Assembly (NCBI GenBank): GCA_045591985.1 | Contig: JAZNTV010000077.1 | Location: 18,166-82,165 of the forward strand | DNA: 64,000 nucleotides | Source: Acutalibacteraceae bacterium | GTDB lineage: Bacteria > Bacillota > Clostridia > Oscillospirales > Acutalibacteraceae | Reading direction: 5' to 3' | Part shown: positions 1 to 10,009 of the stretch, piece after piece | Layout: each line of letters starts with the position of its first letter | Position numbering within the stretch: position 1 is the stretch's first letter | Notes under the pieces: generated by a model | The model's database searches: none | The model's input: the letters and a program-made list of their open reading frames with translations, nothing else | What the model was told of the DNA's origin: nothing | Translations under genes and position numbers: made by a program

Positions 1-177
1 GGGGATAAACTGGTGTTGCCCCATGTGCGTGAGCGCATTCAGAAAGGCGAGGCGGTAGTGCTTCAAAATATCTCTACGGGCGAGACGTTGGAATTGAACG
101 CCGATTTCTCCGAACGTCAAGTGGCGATGTTACTGGCCGGCGGTTTGCTGGATTACACCCGTGAAATGAATAAGTAA
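1..177 (+). CDS. C-terminal fragment of an aconitase-family swivel-domain protein (3-isopropylmalate dehydratase small subunit-like); 5' end lies outside the window
   Basis: Frame 1 is open from base 1 to the TAA at 175-177. It translates to ...LQNISTGETLELNADFSERQVAMLLAGGLLDYTREMNK, which resembles the LeuD-type C-terminus (..GGL..Y..). Confidence 0.4.
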   Translation, partial: GDKLVLPHVRERIQKGEAVVLQNISTGETLELNADFSERQVAMLLAGGLLDYTREMNK

Positions 178-185
178 CCTCAACG

Positions 186-225
186 AAAAGAGCAAGCGAA
201 ACCGTTTCGCTTGCTCTTTTTTTAT
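186..225. terminator. Bidirectional intrinsic terminator between convergent genes
   Basis: Perfect hairpin aaaagagcaagcgaaac / gtttcgcttgctctttt, flanked by an A-run and a T-run. Confidence 0.6.
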
Positions 226-1076
226 CCCTTTACAGCGCCGCCGGTGACGCCCTCCACATAGTATTTTTGCAGTCGCAAAAACAGCAAGGTGACGGGAATG
301 GCCACCAATACCGAACCGGCACAAAAGGCAGTGAAGTAGCGATAGATATTCTCTTTGGATACCATTTGATAGAGACCCAGTGCCAGCGTGTAATTTTGAT
401 AGTTATCCTTCATGATCACGCTGACGAATATAAAATCCGTCCACGGGATCATAAAGGCGGTCAGGGCGGTATAGGCCAAGATCGGGGTGGACATCGGTAA
501 GGTAATGCGGAAAAAGATCTGGTTTCGTGTGGCACCGTCGAGTGTGGCCGCTTCGTCGAGCGAACGGGGAATGGTATCAAAATAGCCTTTGGCAATGAAA
601 TACCCCATACACGACCCCGCTGAATAGACCAATATCAGCGCGATCAATGATTGCGCCAGGCCCATTACCTTCAGCAGATGATATACAGCGATCATCGTCA
701 TAAAACCGGGAAACATACCGAGTATCAAGCCGGCATTCATAAATTTACGGCGAGAGGGGAAACGCAAACGACTGAAAGCATAACTCACCGACAGCACCAA
801 AAAGGTGCTGATAACACAGGTGCAGATCGACACGATGAGCGTGTTCATATACCATCGCGGATAATTAAACAAGGCGGTGTCGGTAAACAAGCGGCGGTAA
901 TTATCCAACGACCAGCTTTTCGGCAAAAGATAGGGAAGATAGGCTCCGCTTTCACCGCGAAACGAAAGAATAACGAGATAGGCAATGGGGAGCACCCATA
1001 GAATACCAAGCACCGCGAGTAAAAGGTAGATCGTGGCATTGGCGGTGCGCTGTCGTGCGTGATAGCCGACCGTCAT
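222..1076 (-). CDS. Carbohydrate ABC transporter permease (MalG-like)
   Basis: 284-aa ORF with multiple TM helices. Carries the EAA-type loop FDTIPRSLDEAATLDGATRNQIFFRITLP. Overlaps the upstream permease gene by 4 nt. Confidence 0.85.
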   Translation of the reverse strand: MTVGYHARQRTANATIYLLLAVLGILWVLPIAYLVILSFRGESGAYLPYLLPKSWSLDNYRRLFTDTALFNYPRWYMNTLIVSICTCVISTFLVLSVSYAFSRLRFPSRRKFMNAGLILGMFPGFMTMIAVYHLLKVMGLAQSLIALILVYSAGSCMGYFIAKGYFDTIPRSLDEAATLDGATRNQIFFRITLPMSTPILAYTALTAFMIPWTDFIFVSVIMKDNYQNYTLALGLYQMVSKENIYRYFTAFCAGSVLVAIPVTLLFLRLQKYYVEGVTGGAVKG

Positions 1077-2467
1077 TGAAATTGCTCCTCCTTTCGTGCC
1101 GATGCAGACGAGTTGTATACCAACAAGGATAAACCAGCCGACACTAAAAACACGATGATGCCGATGGCGGATGCCAGATTGTAGTTTTGCTGGTCCACCG
1201 TCTGCTTATACAGCCAGGTGACAAGCAGATCGGTTTTACCGGCTTGAAAATAGTCAAGTGAAAGAGGTCCGCCGCCCGTTAAAAGGTAGATCACATTGAA
1301 ATTGTTAAAATTCCCCACAAATTGCGTGATAAGGTAGGGGGTAGTCACAAACAACATATAAGGAAGAGTGATGCTGAAAAAAGTGCGAAACGGCCCTGCG
1401 CCGTCGATACGCGCACTTTCATACATATCCTCGGGGATGTTCATCAGAATTCCGCTTGTAATAAGAATGGTATAGGGAATACCGATCCAGATGTTTACGA
1501 TGATGACGGTGATTTTAGCCAGCGTACCGTCGCTCAAAAACGGGATGGGACTTTGGATCCAACCCAGTTGTTGCAATAGCACGTTGAAGGCGCCGCCCGT
1601 GCCTTCCGATGAGAGCAGTTGTGACATTAACAACAACGTAACGAATTGCGGTACGGCAATGGGGATCACAAACAGTGTACGCCACAAACCTTTTAGGCGA
1701 ATACCGCGTTTGTTGATCATCAGCGCGACCGCCATGCCAAGCAGATAGTTTAAAAAAGTGGCAAATATCGCCCAAACGACCGTCCAGGCAAACAAGCGAA
1801 AAAACGTGGTGGAGGTTTGGCCGTTTCCCGAAAAGAGATTGCGGAAATTCTCGAGTCCTACCCACGTGAAAAGATTGCCCGGCGGTTGATGTGCTTTGTC
1901 GAAATTGGTGAAGGCGATGAGCACCATAAATACCAGCGGCAATACGGTGAAGATGAACACCAAGATGATGGGAGGTGTGAGCAACAACGCGTGGTAACGG
2001 CGGTCGGTAAGCGATCGCAAATCGTCGTAAAAAGTGGGAAGGGGTTCCCCTTTACGCTTGGCGACTTGTGCTTCAAAGGACGCCCGTATATTCGCGGCAT
2101 ATAATCGAAAAAAGACAACGATGAGTACCAGTGTGACAACGCTGAAAAGCAAGATCTCCATCGAGTTGTCGCCGGCGGTGATAAGGTAGATCCCTTCTTC
2201 TTCGTCAAACACACGGTGTTGTGTTTCGGTGCCGAGTGTTGTAAACTTCATAAGATGCGGTGCGCCGAACAAGATGAGATATAAAACGGACAACACTTGT
2301 GTTGTCAAAAACAAGAGGCCTCGCCCGATTTGTCCGCGAAACAAACAGCCGCTTCCCATCAGCAAAAAAGACAGACGGGTGGCAAGATCACCTTGTCGCA
2401 GGGCGGTCAGCATGGTGCGCAACAGACCGCCCTTTTGCCTGCTGTGCCGCCGTTTTACGAGCGTCAT
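1073..2467 (-). CDS. Carbohydrate ABC transporter permease (MalF-like, long N-terminal extension)
   Basis: 464-aa polytopic ORF. EAA loop MNIPEDMYESARIDGAGPFRTFFSITLP. Lies in an operon with the binding protein and the MalG-like permease. Confidence 0.85.
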   Translation of the reverse strand: MTLVKRRHSRQKGGLLRTMLTALRQGDLATRLSFLLMGSGCLFRGQIGRGLLFLTTQVLSVLYLILFGAPHLMKFTTLGTETQHRVFDEEEGIYLITAGDNSMEILLFSVVTLVLIVVFFRLYAANIRASFEAQVAKRKGEPLPTFYDDLRSLTDRRYHALLLTPPIILVFIFTVLPLVFMVLIAFTNFDKAHQPPGNLFTWVGLENFRNLFSGNGQTSTTFFRLFAWTVVWAIFATFLNYLLGMAVALMINKRGIRLKGLWRTLFVIPIAVPQFVTLLLMSQLLSSEGTGGAFNVLLQQLGWIQSPIPFLSDGTLAKITVIIVNIWIGIPYTILITSGILMNIPEDMYESARIDGAGPFRTFFSITLPYMLFVTTPYLITQFVGNFNNFNVIYLLTGGGPLSLDYFQAGKTDLLVTWLYKQTVDQQNYNLASAIGIIVFLVSAGLSLLVYNSSASARKEEQFQ

Positions 2468-2477
2468 GCACTCACTC

Positions 2478-3677
2478 CTATGCTGTGATTTGTTGCACCA
2501 TGGTGTTCAATAGTTCTTCCACCGTACGGGAATAACTTTTGGCTTCCATTGCCGTGCCGAAGGCTTCCAGCGGATCCCACGTGCTGCTGAGCACTTCGCG
2601 TTGCGTAACACCGTAGGCATTCTGTTGTGCCAATGCCGCAAGAGCCACGTTGGCTTTTACAGCTTCGCTGGCAGCTGCCTTCAGATTCGAGGGACCGACG
2701 GCGCGTTTTTCAAATCGTTTGATCTGATTCTCTTCGTTGGTGAGAAATTCGGCCAGTTTCATAGCTTCGACAGGGTGTTTGGTGGCAGAATTGATACCCA
2801 TCAACTTGTATCCCGCAAAACTCGCCATCTGCATTTGCACGCCGCCGCACGTAAAGGTTGGCAACTTTACGGCTGCATAGCCGTTCCCGAGTTTCTCTTT
2901 AATGGTTTCGGCGTTCCACGTGCCGGAAACGCCCGCACAGATCGTGTCGCCGATGCCGCCGGTCAATACAGCGTCGTTGCCGGTAACAAAGGCCGGATCG
3001 GCGCAAAACGCTTTGATGGCTTCACCGGCCTGAATACCGTTTTTATTATTGAAATCACAGGTTTGTTTTCCTTTGTCTGTCAGCCCCAACTTACAACCGG
3101 CCCCCAAAAAGAAGGCGGCATTATACCATCCGTTGGACACATCCATATACACACGTTTGCCAGCACGGTTGGCAGCGGCAAGCAAACCGTCGAGTGTCTG
3201 TACGTCTTCGGCACTCAACACACGGCTGTCGTAATACAAAAAATACCCGTTATCCGCTGTGATGGGGTAAGCGTACAGAGCATCACCCACCGAGGCCGCT
3301 TTGACCGAGCCTTCGCTGTTTTCGGTGGTGATGGTATCCTTATGACGTGTGATCTCATATAACGCCCCTGCCTTGTAAAGGTCGTTCATCTGGTCATCCG
3401 AAAACGCAAACAAGTCGCCGGCGGCGGCGGGGTCTTCCAGCACGCGGGTCTTCGCTTCGTCTTCACCGACTACGCCGAGTGTGATATTATACGTTTTGCC
3501 TTCTTCGGCGTTGGCTTTTTTAAACTCTTCGATCATTTCACCGAGCATCGCCTGATCTTCGCTGGATCCCCATACCTTCAGTGTGATGGTGCCGTTGTCG
3601 CTGTTTCGTCGACAGCTTGTAGGAAGCAGTAATGCCAGCGTGGCTATGATGGCCGCAAGATAACGAATACGTTTCAT
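2478..3677 (-). CDS. Extracellular sugar (maltodextrin-type) ABC substrate-binding protein, probable lipoprotein
   Basis: 399 aa. Signal sequence MKRIRYLAAIIATLALLLPTSC with a Cys at the cleavage site. First gene of the permease operon, next to glgP/malQ. Confidence 0.8.
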   Translation of the reverse strand: MKRIRYLAAIIATLALLLPTSCRRNSDNGTITLKVWGSSEDQAMLGEMIEEFKKANAEEGKTYNITLGVVGEDEAKTRVLEDPAAAGDLFAFSDDQMNDLYKAGALYEITRHKDTITTENSEGSVKAASVGDALYAYPITADNGYFLYYDSRVLSAEDVQTLDGLLAAANRAGKRVYMDVSNGWYNAAFFLGAGCKLGLTDKGKQTCDFNNKNGIQAGEAIKAFCADPAFVTGNDAVLTGGIGDTICAGVSGTWNAETIKEKLGNGYAAVKLPTFTCGGVQMQMASFAGYKLMGINSATKHPVEAMKLAEFLTNEENQIKRFEKRAVGPSNLKAAASEAVKANVALAALAQQNAYGVTQREVLSSTWDPLEAFGTAMEAKSYSRTVEELLNTMVQQITA

Positions 3678-3850
3678 CTCATTCTCTCCTCGATTTATTC
3701 TTTGTCATAGTTTGTGCGGTCTTCGGCGGGTTATACCATGCTGTGCGGGGTTGATTCTTCTTTCCGTTGACAAAAACCGACGAATTCAGTATACAGGTGA
3801 AAAATGCACGATGCGGTCGTCAAGGTCGCCCGGCTACCGAAGAATTACAT

Positions 3851-3887
3851 AAAAAAACAGCGCATCGCTTTATGATGCGCTGTTTTT
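3851..3887 (-). terminator. Intrinsic terminator downstream of glgP
   Basis: Hairpin cagcgcatc-gctttat-gatgcgctg, flanked by A7 and T5 runs, giving a T-run on the minus strand. Confidence 0.6.
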
Positions 3888-3893
3888 CTGATC

Positions 3894-6224
3894 TTATACA
3901 CCCCAAATATCCGCGGCGTATTCTTCGACGGAACGGTCGCTTGAGAATTTGCCGGCGGCGGCCGTGTTCAACAAGCATTTCTTGGTAAATGCTTCGCGGT
4001 CGCACCAATCGCGGTTGGTGCGCAATTTGGCATCGCAATAGGAGAGCATATCCGCCATCAAGAGATAATGGTCGGGCTGATGCCACGAAGCGCCTTCGGT
4101 GATGGCGCTGTACAGTTCGCGGAACATACCCGTGCCGCCGTCATCTACCGTGCCGTCCACCAAGGTTTCCAGCACGCGACGCAGACGCGGTTCGGCATCC
4201 GCCACAGCATTCGGGTCATATTGCGGTTTCAAAGCAGCAACCTCTTCGGCGGAAAGACCGAAGATATAGTTGTTTTCGCGGCCCGCCTGTTCCACGATCT
4301 CGATATTGGCGCCGTCGTAGGTGCCGAGCGTGACTGCACCGTTTAACATGAATTTCATGTTCCCGGTGCCCGAAGCTTCGGTGCCGGCAGTGGAGATCTG
4401 TTCGGATACATCGGCGGCGGGCATAATGAGTTCGGCGGCGGATACGTTATAGTCGGGCAGAAACACCACTTGCATCTTGTCGTTTACCGCGGGATCGGCG
4501 GCGATGATGCGTGCCCATTCATTAATATACTTAATGATGGCTTTAGCACGGAAATAGCCGGGTGCGGCTTTGGCGGCAAAGATATAAACGGTTGGGGCAA
4601 AATCGCGAATACGGCCGTCTTTCAAGCCGAAGTAGGTGTCGGCGATCGAAAAGGCGTTCAGGAGCTGGCGCTTATACTCGTGCAGACGTTTGGCTTGAAT
4701 GTCGAAAATCCACGTGGGGTCGATCTTTACACCGCATCGCGCTTCGATAAAGGCGGCAAGTTGTCGTTTCTTTTCCGTTTTGATCGCGGCAAAATCGGCC
4801 AGGAAACGGCGGTCATCCTGTAAACTTTCGAGTTGTCGCAACTGTGAAAGATCACAAATCCAGCCCTCACCGATACGCGAGGTGATAAGAGCAGAGAGCT
4901 CTTTGTTGGCAAGTCCCAACCAACGTCGTTGGGTGATGCCGTTGGTCTTGTTGTTGAATCGTTCGTGGTACAGCGTATACCAATGCGGGAGAACTTGCGT
5001 TTTCAGCAGTTCGGTGTGCAACTGCGCGACACCGTTGATGGAATGGGAGGCGAAAATAGCCATACGTGCCATGTGCAGGGTGTTTCCTTCGATGATCCAG
5101 TATTTCACGGCTTCTTCGCCCACAAGGCGGTGGCGACGCAATTCCCGCTGCAGCGCGTGGTGCAATTGCTTGACGTACGGCATCAGGTGGGGGAGTACCC
5201 GTGAGAAAAGGTCGAGCCCCCATTTTTCAAGCGCCTCAGGCAACACGGTGTGGTTGGTATAGGCAAATACACGACGGGCCAAATTGAGTGCTTTGGTGAA
5301 AGATACGCCGTCTTCGCATAAGAGGCGGATGAATTCGGGAATAGCTACCACGGGGTGTGTGTCGTTTAACTGTATAGCGAAGCAATCGGCGAAACGATCG
5401 TATCGTGTGCCGTATTTCTTACGAAAACGACGAAGCATATCCTGTATGGAGGCGCTGGCAAAAAAATACTGCTGTTTCAAACGCAGAGTTTTGCCTTCGT
5501 CGGTGTCATCGTTGGGATACAGCACGGCGGAGATACGCTCAGCCTGCATCTTGTCACGTACCGCTTCTTCGTAGCGCTGTGCGTTAAAGGCGGCAAAATC
5601 AAACGGTGCGATAGCTTCTGCTTGCCATAAGCGCAATGTGTTGACGGTGCGTACACCGTAGCCGATGACCGGCATGTCGTACGGCACGGCCCACACCGCC
5701 TCGTTTTCACCGAAGCGAATGCATACGCGTTCCTCTTCGCGGCGGCGCGACCACGGGTCGCCGAAGCGGAGCCAATTGTCCGCCTCTTCGCGTTGAAAAC
5801 CGTCTTCAAAGGATTGCTTGAACAGACCGTAGCGATATCGGATACCATAGCCGTCGAGCGGTATGTCACGCGTTGCGGCCGACTCCAAAAAACACGCGGC
5901 TAAACGACCGAGACCGCCGTTGCCGAGTGCGGCGTCTTCGATCTCTTCGAACACGCGCATATCTACTTTGTGGCGTGAAAGTAACGACGCCACCGTGTCG
6001 GTTTCCTGCATATTGTACAGATTTTGGTAGATCATGCGGCCGATGAGAAATTCCGCCGAAAGATAAGCCACTCGCTTACCTTTCTTGGGTCGCGACCGAC
6101 GGTCGTCCACCGCTGCCAGTGCCGCTTTGGATACCGCATGATACAATTCGGTGGGGGTAGCGTTATCTATCCGCTTTCCGGCGTCGATCCGTAACAGCGT
6201 GCGGATATCTTTTTCTAAACTCAT
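3894..6224 (-). CDS. glgP: Alpha-glucan (glycogen/maltodextrin) phosphorylase
   Basis: 776 aa. Pyridoxal-phosphate lysine motif EASGTGNMKFMLNGA. Typical N-terminal YLSAEFLIGR block. Confidence 0.92.
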   Translation of the reverse strand: MSLEKDIRTLLRIDAGKRIDNATPTELYHAVSKAALAAVDDRRSRPKKGKRVAYLSAEFLIGRMIYQNLYNMQETDTVASLLSRHKVDMRVFEEIEDAALGNGGLGRLAACFLESAATRDIPLDGYGIRYRYGLFKQSFEDGFQREEADNWLRFGDPWSRRREEERVCIRFGENEAVWAVPYDMPVIGYGVRTVNTLRLWQAEAIAPFDFAAFNAQRYEEAVRDKMQAERISAVLYPNDDTDEGKTLRLKQQYFFASASIQDMLRRFRKKYGTRYDRFADCFAIQLNDTHPVVAIPEFIRLLCEDGVSFTKALNLARRVFAYTNHTVLPEALEKWGLDLFSRVLPHLMPYVKQLHHALQRELRRHRLVGEEAVKYWIIEGNTLHMARMAIFASHSINGVAQLHTELLKTQVLPHWYTLYHERFNNKTNGITQRRWLGLANKELSALITSRIGEGWICDLSQLRQLESLQDDRRFLADFAAIKTEKKRQLAAFIEARCGVKIDPTWIFDIQAKRLHEYKRQLLNAFSIADTYFGLKDGRIRDFAPTVYIFAAKAAPGYFRAKAIIKYINEWARIIAADPAVNDKMQVVFLPDYNVSAAELIMPAADVSEQISTAGTEASGTGNMKFMLNGAVTLGTYDGANIEIVEQAGRENNYIFGLSAEEVAALKPQYDPNAVADAEPRLRRVLETLVDGTVDDGGTGMFRELYSAITEGASWHQPDHYLLMADMLSYCDAKLRTNRDWCDREAFTKKCLLNTAAAGKFSSDRSVEEYAADIWGV

Positions 6225-6236
6225 ATATATAACTCC

Positions 6237-7712
6237 TTATCGATTATACAGTGTGACAAATTCTTTCAAATGAACGGCGAGTTCATTGGTGAGGGCATCG
6301 GGAGTCATTCGCCATTTCCAGTTTTCGCCGACGGTAGAAGGGGTGTTCATGCGGGCGCGGCTGTCCAGTGCCAACAGATCTTGCATTTGGAAGATAGCAA
6401 GATCGGCCACACTTTGATAGGCGGCGCGCAACATCCCGACGGGAATGGCGGCACGCCGCTTTACCCCGAGATAGCGCATCATATAGGCGATCTCGCGGCG
6501 GGTAGCGTGCGCACAATAGCCGACGATGGTGTCGTTGTCATGCGTACCGCCGTATACCGCGCGGTTTTTCGGGAAGTTGTGCGGTAAGTGCGGGTTTTCG
6601 GGATTGCCGTCGAAACCGAACAGCAAAACGCTCATGCCGGGATATCCCGTTTGCCGCAAAAGAGTACGCACTTTCGGGTGTAACACACCGAGATCTTCGG
6701 CCAAAATACGCATATCGCCTGCCGCTTCGTCAATGGCATCGGTCAGTAATCGTGCGGGGCCTTGTCGCCATTCGCCGCCGATTGCCGTATCCGATGAGGC
6801 GGGGATCGCGTAATAGCGCGCCATGCCGATGAAATGATCAATACGCAAAGCGTCGTATAGTGCGCGACAAGAGGCTACGCGTTTTTTCCACCAATCAAAA
6901 CCGTCTTCGGCCATACGGTCCCAATCATACAGCGGGTTGCCCCAACGCTGTCCCGTCTCGGAGAACATGTCGGGCGGCACACCTGCTACCGCTGTGGGAT
7001 GGCCGTGTGTGTCCAACTGAAACAGCGAACGGTTGGCCCACACGTCCGCACTGTCGGCGGAAACGTATAACGGAATATCGCCGATCAGCGAAATGCCGCG
7101 TGCATTTACATAGGATTTCAGCGCGTCCCACTGGCAACGGAAGAGATATTGACAAAAGCAAACGAAGCGGATCTCCTCCGCTAAAGCGGCGGTGTATCGA
7201 GCAACAGCCGTCTCTTCGCGCAAACGAATATCTTCGTCCCACTCGCTCCAGTCGCGATACCCGAAATGCGCTTTTACCGCTGTGTATAATGCGTAATCCG
7301 TCAACCAGTGTGCTTCGTTACGGCAAAAGGTATGAAATTCTTCGCTTGGTTTAAATCGCCGATATGCTGTGCGCAAAAGGTCGAATCGCGTGCGAAACAG
7401 GTACTCATAGTCGATATCGTTTACTGTATCGCGAGCGGCGTCGGCTTCTTCGGCCGTGAGCAATCCGGCGTCTACCAAACGATCGGGATCGATAAAATAA
7501 GGGTTGCCGGCAAAAGCGGAAAAGGATTGATACGGGCTGTCGCCGAATCCGGTAGGGCCTACGGGTAATACCTGCCAGTATCGCTGGCCGGCTGCGGCCA
7601 AAAAGTCGGCAAAGGCATACGCGGCGTCGCCGAGTGTGCCGATGCCGTAGGGGGAGGGGAGCGCGCTGACGGGCATCAGTATACCCGCGCCGCGTTTAAA
7701 CGATTTTTTCAT
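6237..7712 (-). CDS. malQ: 4-alpha-glucanotransferase (amylomaltase)
   Basis: ORF track gives 6237-7724. Start refined to MKKSFKRGAGILMPVSALPSPYGIGTLG, which is preceded by AAAGGA. Family blocks such as RIDHFIG are present. Confidence 0.9.
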   Translation of the reverse strand: MKKSFKRGAGILMPVSALPSPYGIGTLGDAAYAFADFLAAAGQRYWQVLPVGPTGFGDSPYQSFSAFAGNPYFIDPDRLVDAGLLTAEEADAARDTVNDIDYEYLFRTRFDLLRTAYRRFKPSEEFHTFCRNEAHWLTDYALYTAVKAHFGYRDWSEWDEDIRLREETAVARYTAALAEEIRFVCFCQYLFRCQWDALKSYVNARGISLIGDIPLYVSADSADVWANRSLFQLDTHGHPTAVAGVPPDMFSETGQRWGNPLYDWDRMAEDGFDWWKKRVASCRALYDALRIDHFIGMARYYAIPASSDTAIGGEWRQGPARLLTDAIDEAAGDMRILAEDLGVLHPKVRTLLRQTGYPGMSVLLFGFDGNPENPHLPHNFPKNRAVYGGTHDNDTIVGYCAHATRREIAYMMRYLGVKRRAAIPVGMLRAAYQSVADLAIFQMQDLLALDSRARMNTPSTVGENWKWRMTPDALTNELAVHLKEFVTLYNR

Positions 7713-7750
7713 ATATTCGACCATCCTTTACAGATGTTAGTATTGCCGTC

Positions 7751-7795
7751 AAAAAGCAAAAAACGCATCACGACGTGTGCGTTTTTGCTTTTTTA
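7751..7795 (-). terminator. Intrinsic terminator after the D-Ala-D-Ala carboxypeptidase gene
   Basis: Hairpin aaagcaaaaaacgca...tgcgtttttgcttt with flanking A/T runs. Confidence 0.55.
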
Positions 7796-7798
7796 TTC

Positions 7799-8839
7799 TT
7801 ATTTCAGCGCAAATCCTGCTTCGTACAGCAAAGTGGATTCGGTGAAACGCAGGTTTTCATCGGCACAGCCCAGTACGATGGCGATCAGTTGGGTACCGTC
7901 TTTTTCCGCAACCGATGCCAGGCAGTAACCGGCTTCATCCGTATAGCCCGTTTTGCCGCCGATAGCGTTGACATAATACGTGGCGGGGAAATTGGTGTTG
8001 AGCAAACGGTTGGTGTTGGTATAACCGAGTTCGTGCCCGCTCGGCGTGGTGAACGAGGCACGTTGCGTACACAACGCTTCACGCACGGCATCGAATTCCC
8101 ACGCAAAACGCAAGATCTTCAGCATGTCGTTTGCCGTGGTCACATGGAAGGTATGATACATGCCGTCGGGATTGACAAAGTGCGAGTCTTCGGCGCCGAT
8201 GGCGGCTAACTCTTCATTCATCAGATCGCAGAAACGAGTGGCAGCCTCAAAGTTGCTGAGTTCTTCTTCGGGATACAACCGCTTTGCTGTGTGTACCGCG
8301 AGACAGTATGCTGCATCACCGCCCGAAGGAAGCAACAAGGCTTGTAACATTTGGGGGAGTGTGAGCTCCATTCCGAGTTTTAAGTAAGCGCTGCTGGCTT
8401 GCGGGTCGGTCAGATATACTTCCTGCCCGACAACAAAGTTTTCACCGTTGGAATATTTCGCGGCTACCGCAGCGGTCATGATCTTTGTCAAGCTGGCGGG
8501 AGAACAAGTTGCCTCGGCGTTGACATCATATAACACGCGCTCGTTGGTGACATCATACAGCAACGCGTTTCGGGCGCTCATAGCACCCGAAAGTTGCGAC
8601 ACGGTCTGGTCGGTAAACGACGGTAAGGTGGTTGCGACGGTCGTGGGGACGGTCGTGGTAGTCTTGTTGTCTCCCGATAACGGCGTGTTGCTGCCGGAAT
8701 CGCCTGTACCGCGGCTGCTGAAATACCAGATGATACCGACAAGCAATGCCAACACAAGGACCGCAATGATGAACACGGGTAACAAGCGGCGAAGCGCGCG
8801 TTTGCGGCGCGAGTTACGGAAGGTTTGGGTCTTATTCAT
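7799..8839 (-). CDS. Serine-type D-alanyl-D-alanine carboxypeptidase (peptidase S11), membrane anchored
   Basis: 346 aa with an N-terminal TM helix. SxxK motif is SLTK and the KTG motif GGKTGYT is present. The SxN position reads SGGD. Confidence 0.8.
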   Translation of the reverse strand: MNKTQTFRNSRRKRALRRLLPVFIIAVLVLALLVGIIWYFSSRGTGDSGSNTPLSGDNKTTTTVPTTVATTLPSFTDQTVSQLSGAMSARNALLYDVTNERVLYDVNAEATCSPASLTKIMTAAVAAKYSNGENFVVGQEVYLTDPQASSAYLKLGMELTLPQMLQALLLPSGGDAAYCLAVHTAKRLYPEEELSNFEAATRFCDLMNEELAAIGAEDSHFVNPDGMYHTFHVTTANDMLKILRFAWEFDAVREALCTQRASFTTPSGHELGYTNTNRLLNTNFPATYYVNAIGGKTGYTDEAGYCLASVAEKDGTQLIAIVLGCADENLRFTESTLLYEAGFALK

Positions 8840-8922
8840 ATCGTAAATTCCTCGCTTATTCTGTCTGATGTTTTGATTATACTACGAAATTGTGGTTTTG
8901 GCAATGTGTATATGTAAAAAGA

Positions 8923-8951
8923 TTGACAAATTTTGCGAAACAAGGTACACT
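8923..8951 (+). promoter_or_regulatory. Putative sigma-A promoter of the padR operon
   Basis: TTGACA, 17-nt spacer, TACACT, about 30 nt upstream of the padR start. Confidence 0.4.
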
Positions 8952-8981
8952 GAACATATTATGATAAAAGGATGCTGTTCG

Positions 8982-9332
8982 ATGCCATACGATAAATCAC
9001 AAATGATGCGCGGCACGTTGGAAGGTTGCATTTTAAAAATTATCCGTATGCGGGAAACATACGGGTATGAGATCTTAATGTTGCTTCGCGAATGCGGCTT
9101 TTCGGATATTTCGGAAGGAACCATTTATCCGTTGCTGCTTCGTTTGGAAAAGCAAGGAAGTATTCGCGCCGAAATGCGCCCGTCGCCGCTCGGTCCGCGC
9201 CGCAAATATTATACCATAACCTCGTCGGGCGACGAGTATCTTTCGGCATTTGAAGACTGCTGGAAACAGTTGACGAATGCGGTTGGGAATGCCATGTGCA
9301 TCGGAGAGGAGGATCGCGGTGAAACGAAATGA
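8982..9332 (+). CDS. PadR family transcriptional regulator
   Basis: Start refined to MPYDKSQMMRGTLEGCILKII after AAAGGA. Winged-helix PadR pattern GYEI...ISEGTIYPLLLRLEKQG. Confidence 0.8.
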   Translation: MPYDKSQMMRGTLEGCILKIIRMRETYGYEILMLLRECGFSDISEGTIYPLLLRLEKQGSIRAEMRPSPLGPRRKYYTITSSGDEYLSAFEDCWKQLTNAVGNAMCIGEEDRGETK

Positions 9333-9993
9333 ATTGCGTACCGTTCGCACACAATTAACATCGGAAAATCGTCGTTCCTTGCGCCGAATCGAGCGGTTCT
9401 TGGATTCCTATTCCCTGAATGAGGTTACCCAAGAAGAGGTGCTGATGGACCTTACGGGTATGGCGTTGGAATGTCAACAGCGCGGTCAGTTGTTTTCGGA
9501 AGCGGTCGGGATGGACGAAGCGGTGTTTTGTCATGAGTTGGTTGCCAACTGTCCGCGCGAAACGTGTACCGAACGTGTGCTTGCGGTGCTGCGGTGGATG
9601 ACGGCGTGGATCGGTTGCGTTTTGCCGGTAATGTTTTTGTTGGAGTGTATGTTTCCGTGGATGAGCGGCGAGATTGCCGACGGATTGTATCATGTACCGC
9701 TGCCGTTTCTTTGCAAATATTTGGCGGCGGTGATTCCCGTTGCAACGGGCATGTATGTATTTAAACGGTTTACCTACCTTTCCCGTTCGCTGGTGTGGAC
9801 CTTATTTGTTGCGGCATTTATGTTTGTTTTTATCACCGTGTCGGAGGTGTCTGCACGGTTGATGAGTACGGTGACTTTGCCGCTTTCGCTGTGGTTGTGG
9901 CTGTGGTTGTTCGGCGGCGCTTTCGCTTTCTTCCACATTGCCAAGCGATGTGTGGCGTTGACGGTGGCCTATCGTCAAAAACGCAGTCGCTGA
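9319..9993 (+). CDS. PadR-associated membrane protein (soluble N-terminal domain plus about 4 TM helices)
   Basis: GTG start after GGAGAGGAGGA, overlapping the padR stop. The hydrophobic C-terminal half is evident. The family assignment (DUF1048-like N-terminus) is only a recollection. Confidence 0.5.
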   Translation: MKRNELRTVRTQLTSENRRSLRRIERFLDSYSLNEVTQEEVLMDLTGMALECQQRGQLFSEAVGMDEAVFCHELVANCPRETCTERVLAVLRWMTAWIGCVLPVMFLLECMFPWMSGEIADGLYHVPLPFLCKYLAAVIPVATGMYVFKRFTYLSRSLVWTLFVAAFMFVFITVSEVSARLMSTVTLPLSLWLWLWLFGGAFAFFHIAKRCVALTVAYRQKRSR

Positions 9994-10009
9994 CAAAGGG
10001 GGACAGACG

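Noticed and set aside
3767-3887. Plus-strand TTGACA-17-TATACA promoter-like element followed about 60 nt later by the hairpin at 3851-3887, which could define a ~90-nt sRNA between the ABC operon and glgP.
   Set aside because: The -10 hexamer lacks the conserved final T. The hairpin is already explained as the glgP terminator, and the region must also hold the minus-strand promoter of the ABC operon (TGgTATAAC on the minus strand at 3730-3738). There is no further support without transcript data.
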